A DNA stretch of 64,000 nucleotides, taken from an uncultured Candidatus Saccharibacteria bacterium. Lineage in GTDB: Bacteria > Patescibacteriota > Dojkabacteria > SC72. Positions 28,800-38,428 of this stretch are shown piece by piece. The stretch lies in assembly GCA_964480345.1 (NCBI GenBank), contig CAYZNW010000002.1, positions 524-64,523 on the forward strand, written 5' to 3'. The notes below the pieces were generated by a model. That model was not told the DNA's origin, did no database searches, and saw nothing but the letters and a program-made list of their open reading frames with translations. The translations under genes and the position numbers were made by a program. Positions within the stretch are counted from its first letter, which is position 1. Each line of letters begins with the position of its first letter.

Positions 28800-29483
28800 A
28801 TGTTACCTATTTACTATTTTGAAAAGGCATCTCTTTTAGATTATCCGAATAAAATATCCATTGTGGTCTTTCTTTACGGATGTAATTTGAGATGTCCATA
28901 CTGTCATAATCCTGAGTTAGTGATTGAGAAGTATGATGTTTCTAAAGTTATATCAGAGAAACAGGTATTAAATTTCCTTAGAAAGAGGCAGGGAAAACTT
29001 GATGGAGTTGTTATAACAGGTGGAGAGCCTTTACTCCATAAAGAGTTATTGGATTTTGTGAAGAAAATAAAAAAGCTTGGTTTTCTAGTAAAACTTGATA
29101 GTAACGGTTTACTTCCGTCCACTTTAAACAAATTTATTAAATCAGGATATATTGATTATGTGGCAATGGATGTCAAATATCCTCTTGTTGGTTATTTGAA
29201 AGAGACAGATAGGAAGAATATAGAGAAATCGATTGATATATTGAGAAATTCAGATGTAGAGTATGAATTTAGAACAACATATGTTAAAGGTATCCATAAC
29301 AACGATTCTGTAGAGGAGATTTGCAAAATGATAAATGGAGCAAAGAGATATTTCATACAAAACTTTCGTGAAGGGAAAAGTATAGACAGCTCTTTAAATT
29401 CGGAAAATAGCTTTACACAGAAAGAATTAAAAGAGTTTAAAAAGATAGCTAAAAAATATATTAAAGATGTGCAGATTAGATAG
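28800..29483 (+). CDS. nrdG: anaerobic ribonucleotide reductase activating protein (radical SAM)
   Basis: CNLRCPYCHNPEL (CxxxCxxC) radical-SAM cluster motif, with GGEPLL. Genomic context nrdD-nrdG. Confidence 0.9.
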   Translation: MLPIYYFEKASLLDYPNKISIVVFLYGCNLRCPYCHNPELVIEKYDVSKVISEKQVLNFLRKRQGKLDGVVITGGEPLLHKELLDFVKKIKKLGFLVKLDSNGLLPSTLNKFIKSGYIDYVAMDVKYPLVGYLKETDRKNIEKSIDILRNSDVEYEFRTTYVKGIHNNDSVEEICKMINGAKRYFIQNFREGKSIDSSLNSENSFTQKELKEFKKIAKKYIKDVQIR

Positions 29484-30126
29484 CTGGATTTTCTAAAACT
29501 TTAATAACTTTTCCATTAATAATACTTTCTGTATTTTTATCTATAAATATAGGCTGGTTAAGTGGGTTTGTAGAGTCTGGATACAAGATTATCATCTCAT
29601 TGTTTTTCCTATATCTCTTAACAGTAGCACCATTTTCTACAATAGCAACAACAATATCGCCATCTTCTATCTCACAATCTTTTTGGATAATTATATATGT
29701 ACCATCTTCGAGTTTCTTACCGTCTATTTCTGCTAAGTCCATTGAATCCCCTTTCACAATCAATGAGAAGAGATTCTCTTTCTTACCAACTATATTTTGA
29801 TCTACCTTCAAAACACCTATATTCTCCTCTTCTGCAGAGACAAGAGGTGTACCTGCATTAGCATAACCAAGAATAGGGATGCCAACAAGATAGTCGTATA
29901 CTATCTCATCATCTTTCTCCACCATATGTATACCCCTAGGTTGACCAGTTCTAAATATATATCCTTTCTTCTCTAAAGCAACAAGATGGCCCACTACTCC
30001 TCTTTTGGTAGAAATGCCGAGTTCGTACTGTAATTCTGATAGAGAAGGAGCAAAACCGTTCTCTAAATAATACTGCTTTATAACTCTTAGAACATTTTCC
30101 TGCTTCTTTGTGAGTATACCATCCAT
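29476..30126 (-). CDS. lexA: LexA repressor (S24 peptidase)
   Basis: N-terminal winged-helix LSELQYELGISTKRGVVGHLVALEKKGYI. C-terminal VKGDSMDLAEI (Ser nucleophile) and a downstream Lys (RYRK). Confidence 0.85.
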   Translation of the reverse strand: MDGILTKKQENVLRVIKQYYLENGFAPSLSELQYELGISTKRGVVGHLVALEKKGYIFRTGQPRGIHMVEKDDEIVYDYLVGIPILGYANAGTPLVSAEEENIGVLKVDQNIVGKKENLFSLIVKGDSMDLAEIDGKKLEDGTYIIIQKDCEIEDGDIVVAIVENGATVKRYRKNNEMIILYPDSTNPLNQPIFIDKNTESIINGKVIKVLENPAI

Positions 30127-30224
30127 AACGTGTTGCTTGATATTTTAGTTATACCTAGTATACCCCTCTGGCAGGAAATCGCAACTACTTATAGTACACA
30201 AATAATTTTGGTATAGATACTCCT

Positions 30225-31316
30225 CTATTTCTCCTTTTGAGATACAAAGAAAGCAGCTAAATAGGTGGTAATGGGAACAGCAAGAATTAGCCCTATACTT
30301 CCAACAAGTGTTCTTACTATCTCTGTTGATACCATCTCTATATTTACGACATCGCTAAAAGGTCTAGGATTGTTTGAGAATATCAGTAGTAAAGGTAGTG
30401 AAGCCCCAGCGTAGACTAGTACCAATGTATTTATCATAGAGGCTATATGATCTCTTCCAATATTTAATGATCTTCGAAATAGCTCTCTCCTACTAATATC
30501 TTTTTTCAAATCTTTAAGCTGAAAAACAATAGCTGTTTGAGATACAGTAATATCATCCATAACTCCAAGAGTACCTATTATGATTCCAGCAAGTAGTATC
30601 CCTTGTAGATTGTATTTAGATCCTGTCATGCTTTGCAGAATCATAGCCTCTTCTGTTTCAGCTCCAGTTAAATGAGCATACTGCACAAATATATATGAAA
30701 GGATACCTGTGATGATTAATGAAACAAATGTCCCTAATATTGCAATAGTAGTTTTCTTTTCAAAAGAGTGTGATAGATAAAAAGTAATTGGGACTATGAG
30801 TAAACAGCCTAATATGGCTATCAATACCGGATCATTTCCTTGCTGTATTCTTGGTAATATAAAGTTGATGATAATAAGGAATGAGAGAATCATTGAAACA
30901 ATAGAGAAGAAGCTTTTCTTTCTTCCTACTAAGATGGCTAAGATCACAAAGATAATAGATAATATCAGTAGAGGAGTACTTCTAACATATCCCAATATAT
31001 AATAGATGGTATTCCCTTCGATATCTGTATCTTGTGTAATCTCAATTCTGTCTCCAACACGATACTGGATCACTTGTGTCGATGGAAACAATCCATTTTC
31101 AATCTCTATACTCTCTTCTGTATTAAAAATCTCCACTTTTAGTTTTTGATATTTCTGGGTTTGCTCCTCAAATTGAATATCTCTCTCTTCTAATATCTCT
31201 ACTATTTTTCCTTTCAAATATGTTGTTTCTCGCACTTCTGCTTGAGAGTAAATATTTGATGAAAAAGAAGAAAATAGAAAAAGTGAGATTATTAATTTTG
31301 GAATGAGGTTTTTCAT
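30225..31316 (-). CDS. polytopic membrane protein (YibE/F-like topology: signal/TM, extracytoplasmic domain, 6-7 TM)
   Basis: Hydropathy by eye. Family assignment tentative. Confidence 0.35.
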   Translation of the reverse strand: MKNLIPKLIISLFLFSSFSSNIYSQAEVRETTYLKGKIVEILEERDIQFEEQTQKYQKLKVEIFNTEESIEIENGLFPSTQVIQYRVGDRIEITQDTDIEGNTIYYILGYVRSTPLLILSIIFVILAILVGRKKSFFSIVSMILSFLIIINFILPRIQQGNDPVLIAILGCLLIVPITFYLSHSFEKKTTIAILGTFVSLIITGILSYIFVQYAHLTGAETEEAMILQSMTGSKYNLQGILLAGIIIGTLGVMDDITVSQTAIVFQLKDLKKDISRRELFRRSLNIGRDHIASMINTLVLVYAGASLPLLLIFSNNPRPFSDVVNIEMVSTEIVRTLVGSIGLILAVPITTYLAAFFVSQKEK

Positions 31317-31333
31317 AGTTGGGCTTAATGAAA

Positions 31334-31407
31334 TCGGGGAGACAGGACTTGAACCTGCGGCCTCTGCGTCCCAAACGCAGCGTTCTAGCCATCTGAACTA
31401 CTCCCCG
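31334..31407 (-). tRNA. tRNA-Pro (anticodon UGG)
   Basis: Manual cloverleaf. Acceptor CGGGGAG/CTCCCCG, D-stem GTTC/GAAC, anticodon stem CTGCG/CGCAG with loop TTTGGGA, T-loop TTCAAGT. No encoded CCA. Confidence 0.8.
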
Positions 31408-31457
31408 TTTCTGACGATGATTCTAACATATCTGGTATCAGTTAGGCAAAAGTTGTA

Positions 31458-31778
31458 CTAAATATACGCCATAGCTTTAAGAACATATTGTGATATGAAA
31501 GGTAGTACAAGAGGTTTTCTTTTTAAAACTCTATCTACAGCTAGTATCAGCAATATTACCCCTATCAGAATTAGAAACTGTATCTGTGTTACAAATAGAA
31601 TAGTAACAAAAGAGAAAATAATTGAGTGATATTTAACAAAGAGATCATCCTTCTCAAATATTAAAAAATATATCGAGATCACAGGTATACAAGCAAGTAA
31701 AGAGTTCCTTGAATTCTCAGGATTGTATTTAATATCCTCCATTTTGTATATCCGTCTTGCTTTGATTTCTTTTACCAT
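31458..31778 (-). CDS. small membrane protein (2-3 TM), hypothetical
   Basis: ORF track. Hydrophobic segments. Confidence 0.35.
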   Translation of the reverse strand: MVKEIKARRIYKMEDIKYNPENSRNSLLACIPVISIYFLIFEKDDLFVKYHSIIFSFVTILFVTQIQFLILIGVILLILAVDRVLKRKPLVLPFISQYVLKAMAYI

Positions 31779-31826
31779 ACAGAAGTAGTATATACAGATT
31801 TATTCATCACATCAACATTCACAACA

Positions 31827-31851
31827 GGTCTGACCTAGGTCAGACCTCCAA
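31827..31851. promoter_or_regulatory. GC-rich perfect palindrome GGTCTGACC-TA-GGTCAGACC (+TCCAA) in a divergent promoter region; shares a 20-nt identical core with 55802..55821
   Basis: 20-bp perfect inverted repeat. It lies 49 bp upstream of the 31778 start and 73 bp upstream of lemA. GC-rich against an AT-rich background. Confidence 0.5.
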
Positions 31852-31923
31852 AGATAGTTGATTGTTCATGCTATTTATGTATAATAAATATGGATATCTA
31901 TTTAAATTGATTTCTTTACCGTT

Positions 31924-32475
31924 ATGATGTGGTTATATATATTAGGTGGTGTAATTGTTGTTCTTCTGCTTGCACTTGTAGGATTGTATAACAGACTTGC
32001 AAGACAGAAAGTTACTGTAGAGGAAGCAGCTTCAGATATTGAAACTTTCCTTAAGCAGAGATACGATATGATTCCTAATCTTGTTGAGATTGTAAAAGGA
32101 TATGCAAAGCATGAGAAGGAAACATTTGCTGAAGTTACCAATCTAAGAACTAAAGCAATGTCGGCAGGATCATTAGAGGAGAAAATGGAGATTGAGACAG
32201 CATTAAACAAAGGTATTTCTAAGATTTTTGCAATAGCAGAAAACTACCCAGAACTAAAAGCGAATCAGAACTTCGTTCAGTTACAGCAGACTCTTGAGAC
32301 TTTAGAGGGTGATATTCAGAAATCTAGAAGGTATTACAACGGCACTGCAAGAGATTTCAATGCAATGATTGTAGTGTTCCCAAACAATATAATTGCAAAT
32401 ATGTTGAATTTCAAAAAAGTGGAATTCTTTGAAGCAAGTGAGGAAGAGAAAAAGAATGTTGAAATAAAATTCTAG
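31924..32475 (+). CDS. lemA: LemA family protein
   Basis: N-terminal TM followed by the characteristic LemA region (NRLARQKVTVEEAASDIETFLKQRYDMIPNLVE...). Confidence 0.8.
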   Translation: MMWLYILGGVIVVLLLALVGLYNRLARQKVTVEEAASDIETFLKQRYDMIPNLVEIVKGYAKHEKETFAEVTNLRTKAMSAGSLEEKMEIETALNKGISKIFAIAENYPELKANQNFVQLQQTLETLEGDIQKSRRYYNGTARDFNAMIVVFPNNIIANMLNFKKVEFFEASEEEKKNVEIKF

Positions 32476-32487
32476 TAATATCTATTT

Positions 32488-34200
32488 ATGAAAAGGATAT
32501 TCTCTTTTGTATTACTATTCTGTTGTCTGTTTGCTTTTTGCACACCTATTAATGCGCAAGATTCATATTTCTACTATAACGATATAGAGAAGATTACATT
32601 ATTTGAATCTAATATAGAGTTAAAACAGGATACAGAGATACTTGTAGAAGAGAAGATTCATTACTACTTTCCAATAGAGAAACACGGTATTTACAGAGAT
32701 ATTCCTGTTTCCTATCGAGTATTAGGAGGTTTTAGAAGACCAACTATTATTCAGATGAAAAGTATCAAATACTATCCTGAGAATGATAGCAGTAGTACAA
32801 AAACAGGGTATGAGAAAAGTCTCACAAATGGATATATTAGATTTAAGATAGGAGAAGAAGAGGAGCTAATTTCAGGTAACTATATATTTGAACTTTCATA
32901 TACTATTCAAAATCTTACGAACTACTTTGATGATCATGACGAACTGTATCAAAATATAACAGGGAATAACTGGACAGTTCCTATAGATAAGGCAATTTCT
33001 ACTATTTCTCTGCCTGGAGAAATTACTAAAGATATCTGTTTTACGGGTGTAAAAGGATCAAATGAAAGCAACTGTACAATTACAAAACTTACCAATTATA
33101 AGGTAGAGGTAGAAGCAAATCATTTAGGTAGTAATGAGGGTTTGACTGTTGCTTTAGCAATGCCTAAAGGAACTTTAGCTGATACTAGAGCTAGACAGAG
33201 GAGAGAGTTCTTTATTGCAAATGCAGGCATACTACTTCCTATCCCTACTATTCTAGGTTTATTCTTTTTTGTGAAGAGAAATAATAGGAACAAGAAGCTC
33301 ACCGTTATTCCTCACTACGATGCTCCAAAAGGTATATATCCATTACTTTCATATAAGATATTAAGGACTTTCAATACTAATAAGGCGATATCTGCTGAAA
33401 TAATTAGATTAGCAATTACTGGATATATCAAAATTGAACAAGAGGGGAAGAAGAAATATATACTTCATAGGACAGAGAAAAGTGATGAAAAACTAAACGA
33501 AACTCAGAAACTTCTGTTAAACGGCATATTTGAGGATAAAGATCAGGTAAATATAAACGACCTTCAATCATCATTTTACAAAACAGTGGCTTCTATAAAC
33601 AGTGCTTTAGGTAAGGAAGAAGTAGAGTCTGGATACATGAATAAGAAGAGCCTGAATATTAAAAATGCTATGTTTGCTCTAGGTGTTCTTTTCGTAGTTC
33701 CTGGAGTTTTCCTTATTGGATTAGCTGTACAGTATGCATTTATAGGCTGGACACTAGGCCTACTTCTATCAGGTATAGCTATAATAATTGCAGCTATCTT
33801 TATTGATGTTAGAGCCAAAAAGGGAAATTCTGTTTACTATGAATTACAAGGTCTTAAGATGTATATAAATACAGCTGAGAAAAGAAGAATAGAGTTCCAT
33901 AATGATCCGAAGAAATACTCTGGAGTATTTGAGAAATTGCTTCCGTACGCAATGATATTTGGTTTAGAAAGGAAATGGGCTAAAGAGTTTGAAGATATAT
34001 ATAAACAGCCAGATTGGTATGAGGGTGATTTTGATACATTTAATACAGTGATGCTTGCTAACTCTATCTCGAATATAAATAACAATATTACATCTAATGT
34101 AGCGGAATACAGTAGTTCAGGTGCAGGATCTTGGGGAAGTGGTTTTAGTGGAGGAAGTAGCGGGGGTGGAGGTGGTGGTGGCGGAGGAGGAAGTTGGTAA
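32488..34200 (+). CDS. DUF2207-domain membrane protein with C-terminal poly-Gly tail
   Basis: Signal peptide and internal TM segments. C-terminus GSGFSGGSSGGGGGGGGGGSW, typical of DUF2207 proteins that pair with LemA. Confidence 0.7.
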   Translation: MKRIFSFVLLFCCLFAFCTPINAQDSYFYYNDIEKITLFESNIELKQDTEILVEEKIHYYFPIEKHGIYRDIPVSYRVLGGFRRPTIIQMKSIKYYPENDSSSTKTGYEKSLTNGYIRFKIGEEEELISGNYIFELSYTIQNLTNYFDDHDELYQNITGNNWTVPIDKAISTISLPGEITKDICFTGVKGSNESNCTITKLTNYKVEVEANHLGSNEGLTVALAMPKGTLADTRARQRREFFIANAGILLPIPTILGLFFFVKRNNRNKKLTVIPHYDAPKGIYPLLSYKILRTFNTNKAISAEIIRLAITGYIKIEQEGKKKYILHRTEKSDEKLNETQKLLLNGIFEDKDQVNINDLQSSFYKTVASINSALGKEEVESGYMNKKSLNIKNAMFALGVLFVVPGVFLIGLAVQYAFIGWTLGLLLSGIAIIIAAIFIDVRAKKGNSVYYELQGLKMYINTAEKRRIEFHNDPKKYSGVFEKLLPYAMIFGLERKWAKEFEDIYKQPDWYEGDFDTFNTVMLANSISNINNNITSNVAEYSSSGAGSWGSGFSGGSSGGGGGGGGGGSW

Positions 34201-34202
34201 TA

Positions 34203-35261
34203 CTACCAATTGATGGTATATCCCTTAAGCCGTGTTCTTATATATGAATATATATAGTAGACCCAATACTTAATCTTTGAGATAGCAAGGTCTCTACTGT
34301 GCATATATGTAATTTTCTCTCCCCCTAAGCTTTCTTTAAAATCCCCTACTCCTTTCCAGGGGTGGTTTGAATTCTCATATCCTTTTGGAACAACTCCTCC
34401 AAACATATCAAACACAGAGCAACCTAGTTCTTTTCCTAACTCTAAAGTCTTCCAATATAGTAAGGTTGTCATAATCATGTTTTTCTCTCTATATTCGGTA
34501 CTGGAACAAGCTTGATACAGATGGATATTTTTGCCAAAAACAGTACACTGCCAAATGGAGATAGGAACTCCTTCAGAGTATCCTACAAGCATATAGCACA
34601 TGCCGTTACTTACTTGGATATCAAGCTCCTTCATAAGCATATCTACAGGCTTATCTGTATACCCTTTCAATTTAACCGTTTCTAAATGAAAGTTTTTGAA
34701 AATATCAAATGCTCCTTTGTCGTTAAATACTTTAACTTCTATTGTACTGTCTCGTAAGAGCTTGTTTAGTCTATTTTTTCTACTACTACTCAGATCACTC
34801 TTTAATTCGTCCATACTTTTTGTCAAATCCATATGTTGAGAGATTAAAGCATCTACATTATGAATGGGAGCTTTAATGAAATTGTTATCTTTATAGAATT
34901 TCTCTAAGACAGAGTCTTCCTGAACAAGAGGAGCAAAGCGAAGCATGAAGCAGTTGTTTTCAACTGCTAAATTCTTACAAAACTCCGTGATATCTTTCAT
35001 GTACTTTTCATTATATGAATTCAGTAGTGGGGAGTGCTTACACTCTAGGAAAGAACCGAAGAGTTTTGATATTCCTATACTTCCAGTAATAATCCCTAGA
35101 AACTCGTCAGCATGAAAAATGGCATATCTGAACGATTCATTACTCTGTAATTTATTAAATCGATACCTAGCACTACTATTAAGAAATGAATACTCTTTTA
35201 ATTTAAGAACGTACTCATCCCACTGCTTATCATCTTCTATTTCTCTAAATGTTAACTCCAT
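34203..35261 (-). CDS. FemAB-family (GNAT-fold) peptidyl/aminoacyl transferase-like protein
   Basis: C-terminal LLYWKTLELGKELGCSVFDMFGG resembles the FemABX signature region. About 350 aa. Tentative. Confidence 0.4.
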   Translation of the reverse strand: MELTFREIEDDKQWDEYVLKLKEYSFLNSSARYRFNKLQSNESFRYAIFHADEFLGIITGSIGISKLFGSFLECKHSPLLNSYNEKYMKDITEFCKNLAVENNCFMLRFAPLVQEDSVLEKFYKDNNFIKAPIHNVDALISQHMDLTKSMDELKSDLSSSRKNRLNKLLRDSTIEVKVFNDKGAFDIFKNFHLETVKLKGYTDKPVDMLMKELDIQVSNGMCYMLVGYSEGVPISIWQCTVFGKNIHLYQACSSTEYREKNMIMTTLLYWKTLELGKELGCSVFDMFGGVVPKGYENSNHPWKGVGDFKESLGGEKITYMHSRDLAISKIKYWVYYIYSYIRTRLKGYTINW

Positions 35262-35278
35262 TACAGTTGTACAAAAAG

Positions 35279-36541
35279 TTAGATAGGTTCTCCGTACTTA
35301 TTAACTATATTACAAATTCTTATTGCTGTCTTTTCATCTACATCTATATTTGTAGGTAAATTAAAAATATATTTGGAGACAAATTTGGTATTTGGATATT
35401 TACCGTATACAAATCCGATTTCCTTGTAATACTTTTTGTCTATTGGAAACACAGGAGAGGTGTACCATCTTCCAGTTATAATCTCTATTTTAGCTAAAGC
35501 AACTTTTATTTCATTAACATTTCTTAGCAAGATAGGGTATCGCAATAGCGCTTTGTTTTCTTTATGATTGAAAGTAAATTCTTTACTTAAATTTTCATTA
35601 TATATATCGACGATCTTCTCTCTATGTCTGTTGAAAATATCTACATCATTAAGTTGACGAAGAAGAAGTTTAGCTTGTATATCACTCATTTTTGAAATGT
35701 CATCAAATTTCAATGAGTTAGCTGAAGCTTGTTTTTTAATTAAACCGTGTATTCTGTATATAACTATTAATAGCTTTCCTACAGTAATTTTACTGAACGG
35801 AACTATATGTTTAAAATACTTTCTCTTTATCCTGTCCCACAGAAGAATATATTTTGCATTATACATCGCTGAAGATCGTTGCTGTTCTTTAATTAAATCG
35901 TACTCTTGATCTACTCGATTTAGAATAGAAAGCTTCTTAAGTAGCAGGAGTGATCCTTGTGTAGAGCTAATCACTTTATCTTGAGCGAAGCTAAAAAACA
36001 CAGCATCGCTATATTCTCCTATATGGTATTTAGAGTACTCTGTAAGGAAAAGATGAGCACAATCTTCAACTATATATATTTTTCTATCGCAATCCCTCTT
36101 GTGATTGATTTTATCGACTATCTCTCTAATTTTCTTTACATTTATGATGTTACCAAAGGTGTGTTGAACAATAATCACTCTGGTATTAGGAGTTAACTTG
36201 TTTTTCAAATCTTCAATATCTATGTTGAAAGTTTCTCTCTCTATATCCACATAGACAGGGTTGCAATTTACCCAACATATTGGTGCTACAACCGATATAC
36301 ATGTAAAAGGTTGTGTAATTACTTCGTCACTATTCTGAAGTTTTAATTGTTTAAGAAAGAAGTATAGAGAATCTCTTCCCCTATTAAACAGAAATACTTC
36401 TTTATCTGGAAACATCTTCTGGAAATGTTTTGTAAGTTTGGTCATAGAACCCTCTGCTAATGAGGAATTCTTAGTTATTTCTCTTGCCAAAACTAAATCT
36501 TTTTCTGTCACATTCGGTGTAGAACCGATAAATACTGCCAT
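35279..36541 (-). CDS. DegT/DnrJ/EryC1/StrS-family PLP-dependent sugar aminotransferase
   Basis: DEVITQPFTCISVV...NPVYVDIERETFNID...VIIVQHTFG...YIVEDCAHL...FFSFAQDKVISSTQGS (PLP-Lys region) matches the family pattern. Confidence 0.55.
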   Translation of the reverse strand: MAVFIGSTPNVTEKDLVLAREITKNSSLAEGSMTKLTKHFQKMFPDKEVFLFNRGRDSLYFFLKQLKLQNSDEVITQPFTCISVVAPICWVNCNPVYVDIERETFNIDIEDLKNKLTPNTRVIIVQHTFGNIINVKKIREIVDKINHKRDCDRKIYIVEDCAHLFLTEYSKYHIGEYSDAVFFSFAQDKVISSTQGSLLLLKKLSILNRVDQEYDLIKEQQRSSAMYNAKYILLWDRIKRKYFKHIVPFSKITVGKLLIVIYRIHGLIKKQASANSLKFDDISKMSDIQAKLLLRQLNDVDIFNRHREKIVDIYNENLSKEFTFNHKENKALLRYPILLRNVNEIKVALAKIEIITGRWYTSPVFPIDKKYYKEIGFVYGKYPNTKFVSKYIFNLPTNIDVDEKTAIRICNIVNKYGEPI

Positions 36542-38382
36542 TAATATGTTCGTTCAAAATGTGAATCTATTTCATTTAATGTTAATTTCCATACTACTGG
36601 TCTTCCATGAGGACAGCTATATGGATTCTCGCATTTTGTTAACTCTTTGACTAACTCCATCATTTCTTCCCTGTTTAATTTCTGGCCTGTTCGAATACTG
36701 CTATGACATGATATTGTTGCTAATACATCATTTCTCCTTTCCTTAAAAGATTTTGTGAGGTTAATTAAATTATCATCTAATTCAAATATATCTAAAAAGA
36801 TCTGCTTGTAGTCTGATTCTGAGTACTCAGCAGGTACTGTCTTTATACTTATACCCTTATCTGTTATATCAAATATGAACCCTATATCATCAAAGAATTG
36901 CTTATTCTCTTCTAAGAAGAGGATTTCTTCCCTGCTTAGACCTATAGAGGTAGGAACTAAAAGATTCTGTAAATTCATCTTACTAGATTCCCTTTTCATT
37001 AATTTTTCATAATTAATTCTCTCAGCTGCAGCGTGTTGATCAACTATCCAACATATATTGTCATTAAATTCTACAACTATATATTTATTAAATATTTGTG
37101 AAAGAGAAACAATCTCCCCTATTGTACCTTTTTCTCCAGGCATGAACGGATCATTACTTTCTTTTAGAATTTCACTAGAGAAAAGCAAGGTATCCTTAAC
37201 AGAACTACTTTTAGAACCTAAATAGATGTCTCGAGGTTTGTAATATTCGTTTGATTCATTACCTATATGTTCTTCTGTACCATGATTAAATCTATCTCTT
37301 AAAGCAGAGAAATTAGTAGAAGAAGCTTGTGATTGTTCTTGAGTTCCTGTGTCAGATGAAGAGGTATATGAAAGATTCTTTTGTAAGGAGTGCTTAACTG
37401 CTTCCTCAATGGCCATATACACTCTAAAAGGATTTTCGAATCTAACTTCTTCTTTTCTAGGATGAACATTAACATCTACTAAATCAGGCTTTATTTCTAT
37501 ATTAACAACAAAGTCAATCTTTTCTCCAAATGGAAGATATCTGGCATATCCCTCCATAATAGCTCTAACAATACCTCTATCAGTAATTGGTCGTTTGTTT
37601 AAAAAGATATACTGCTGCTTGTTCTTGCTACTATGAGATGAAGGATGCCCTATATATCCAGATATCTTGATACCTGCTCCAGAAGAGAAGATCTCTAACA
37701 TACTCTCTACAGTATCTTTCCCTAAGACCTGCTCTAGCCTTTCTTTCTTAATCTCACCAGCTTTACTTTCCAAAACTTCATGAATGTCATCAACTACCTT
37801 TTCATCTTTCTCTAATACAAAGTTAATATTTGGATATATCAGGTAATATTTCTTAAGAATCTCATATATTTTTCTAAACTCTGTAGGAGCAGATTTAAGA
37901 TATTTCTTTCTTGCGGGGATATTGTAAAAAATATTTTCTACTTTAATAGTGGTACCTGACTCTTTAGCTACAGTAGAAACCTCAGACTTACCATTATCAT
38001 CAAAAGAAACTCTTCCTCCTTTCTCCTCTTCTACAAACTTCGAATCTAATATTACTTTTGAAACAGAAGTTATGGTAGACAGTGCTTCACCACGAAAACC
38101 CATGCTAATTAATGAATTAAGATCTTCAATATTTTTTATTTTACTTGTAGTATGAGCATCAAATACTGATGACAGATTCTCTCTTGGTATACCGTAACCG
38201 TTATCAGAAACCTCTACCATATCAATACCACCATTCTTAACTTTCACAACAATTTTTGTAGCTTCAGCATCAATTGAGTTGTCAACTAACTCCTTTACCA
38301 CAGATGCTGGCCTCTCTATGACCTCTCCAGCAGCTATCTGATTTATCACTTCTTGTGAAAGTTTATTCAAGGTATTTTTCAT
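36541..38382 (-). CDS. mutL: DNA mismatch repair protein MutL
   Basis: GHKL ATPase N-terminus INQIAAGEVIERPASVVKELVDNSIDA. 613 aa with a C-terminal dimerisation region. Confidence 0.9.
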   Translation of the reverse strand: MKNTLNKLSQEVINQIAAGEVIERPASVVKELVDNSIDAEATKIVVKVKNGGIDMVEVSDNGYGIPRENLSSVFDAHTTSKIKNIEDLNSLISMGFRGEALSTITSVSKVILDSKFVEEEKGGRVSFDDNGKSEVSTVAKESGTTIKVENIFYNIPARKKYLKSAPTEFRKIYEILKKYYLIYPNINFVLEKDEKVVDDIHEVLESKAGEIKKERLEQVLGKDTVESMLEIFSSGAGIKISGYIGHPSSHSSKNKQQYIFLNKRPITDRGIVRAIMEGYARYLPFGEKIDFVVNIEIKPDLVDVNVHPRKEEVRFENPFRVYMAIEEAVKHSLQKNLSYTSSSDTGTQEQSQASSTNFSALRDRFNHGTEEHIGNESNEYYKPRDIYLGSKSSSVKDTLLFSSEILKESNDPFMPGEKGTIGEIVSLSQIFNKYIVVEFNDNICWIVDQHAAAERINYEKLMKRESSKMNLQNLLVPTSIGLSREEILFLEENKQFFDDIGFIFDITDKGISIKTVPAEYSESDYKQIFLDIFELDDNLINLTKSFKERRNDVLATISCHSSIRTGQKLNREEMMELVKELTKCENPYSCPHGRPVVWKLTLNEIDSHFERTY

Positions 38383-38428
38383 ACTACTGATATTCTAACA
38401 TATACATATATTTGCTAAAATAGAGCAT

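Noticed and set aside
30160-30172. Shared TATA(C/G)CCCTCT motif upstream of lexA and dnaE as a candidate SOS box
   Set aside because: It is not dyad-symmetric. Upstream of dnaE it sits where a ribosome-binding site (AGAGGG on the coding strand) is expected, while upstream of lexA it is too far from the start. Most likely coincidence or an RBS-like sequence.
31168-31392. 74-aa minus-strand ORF overlapping tRNA-Pro
   Set aside because: Overlaps a well-formed tRNA cloverleaf and the 5' end of the preceding membrane-protein gene. No coding signal.
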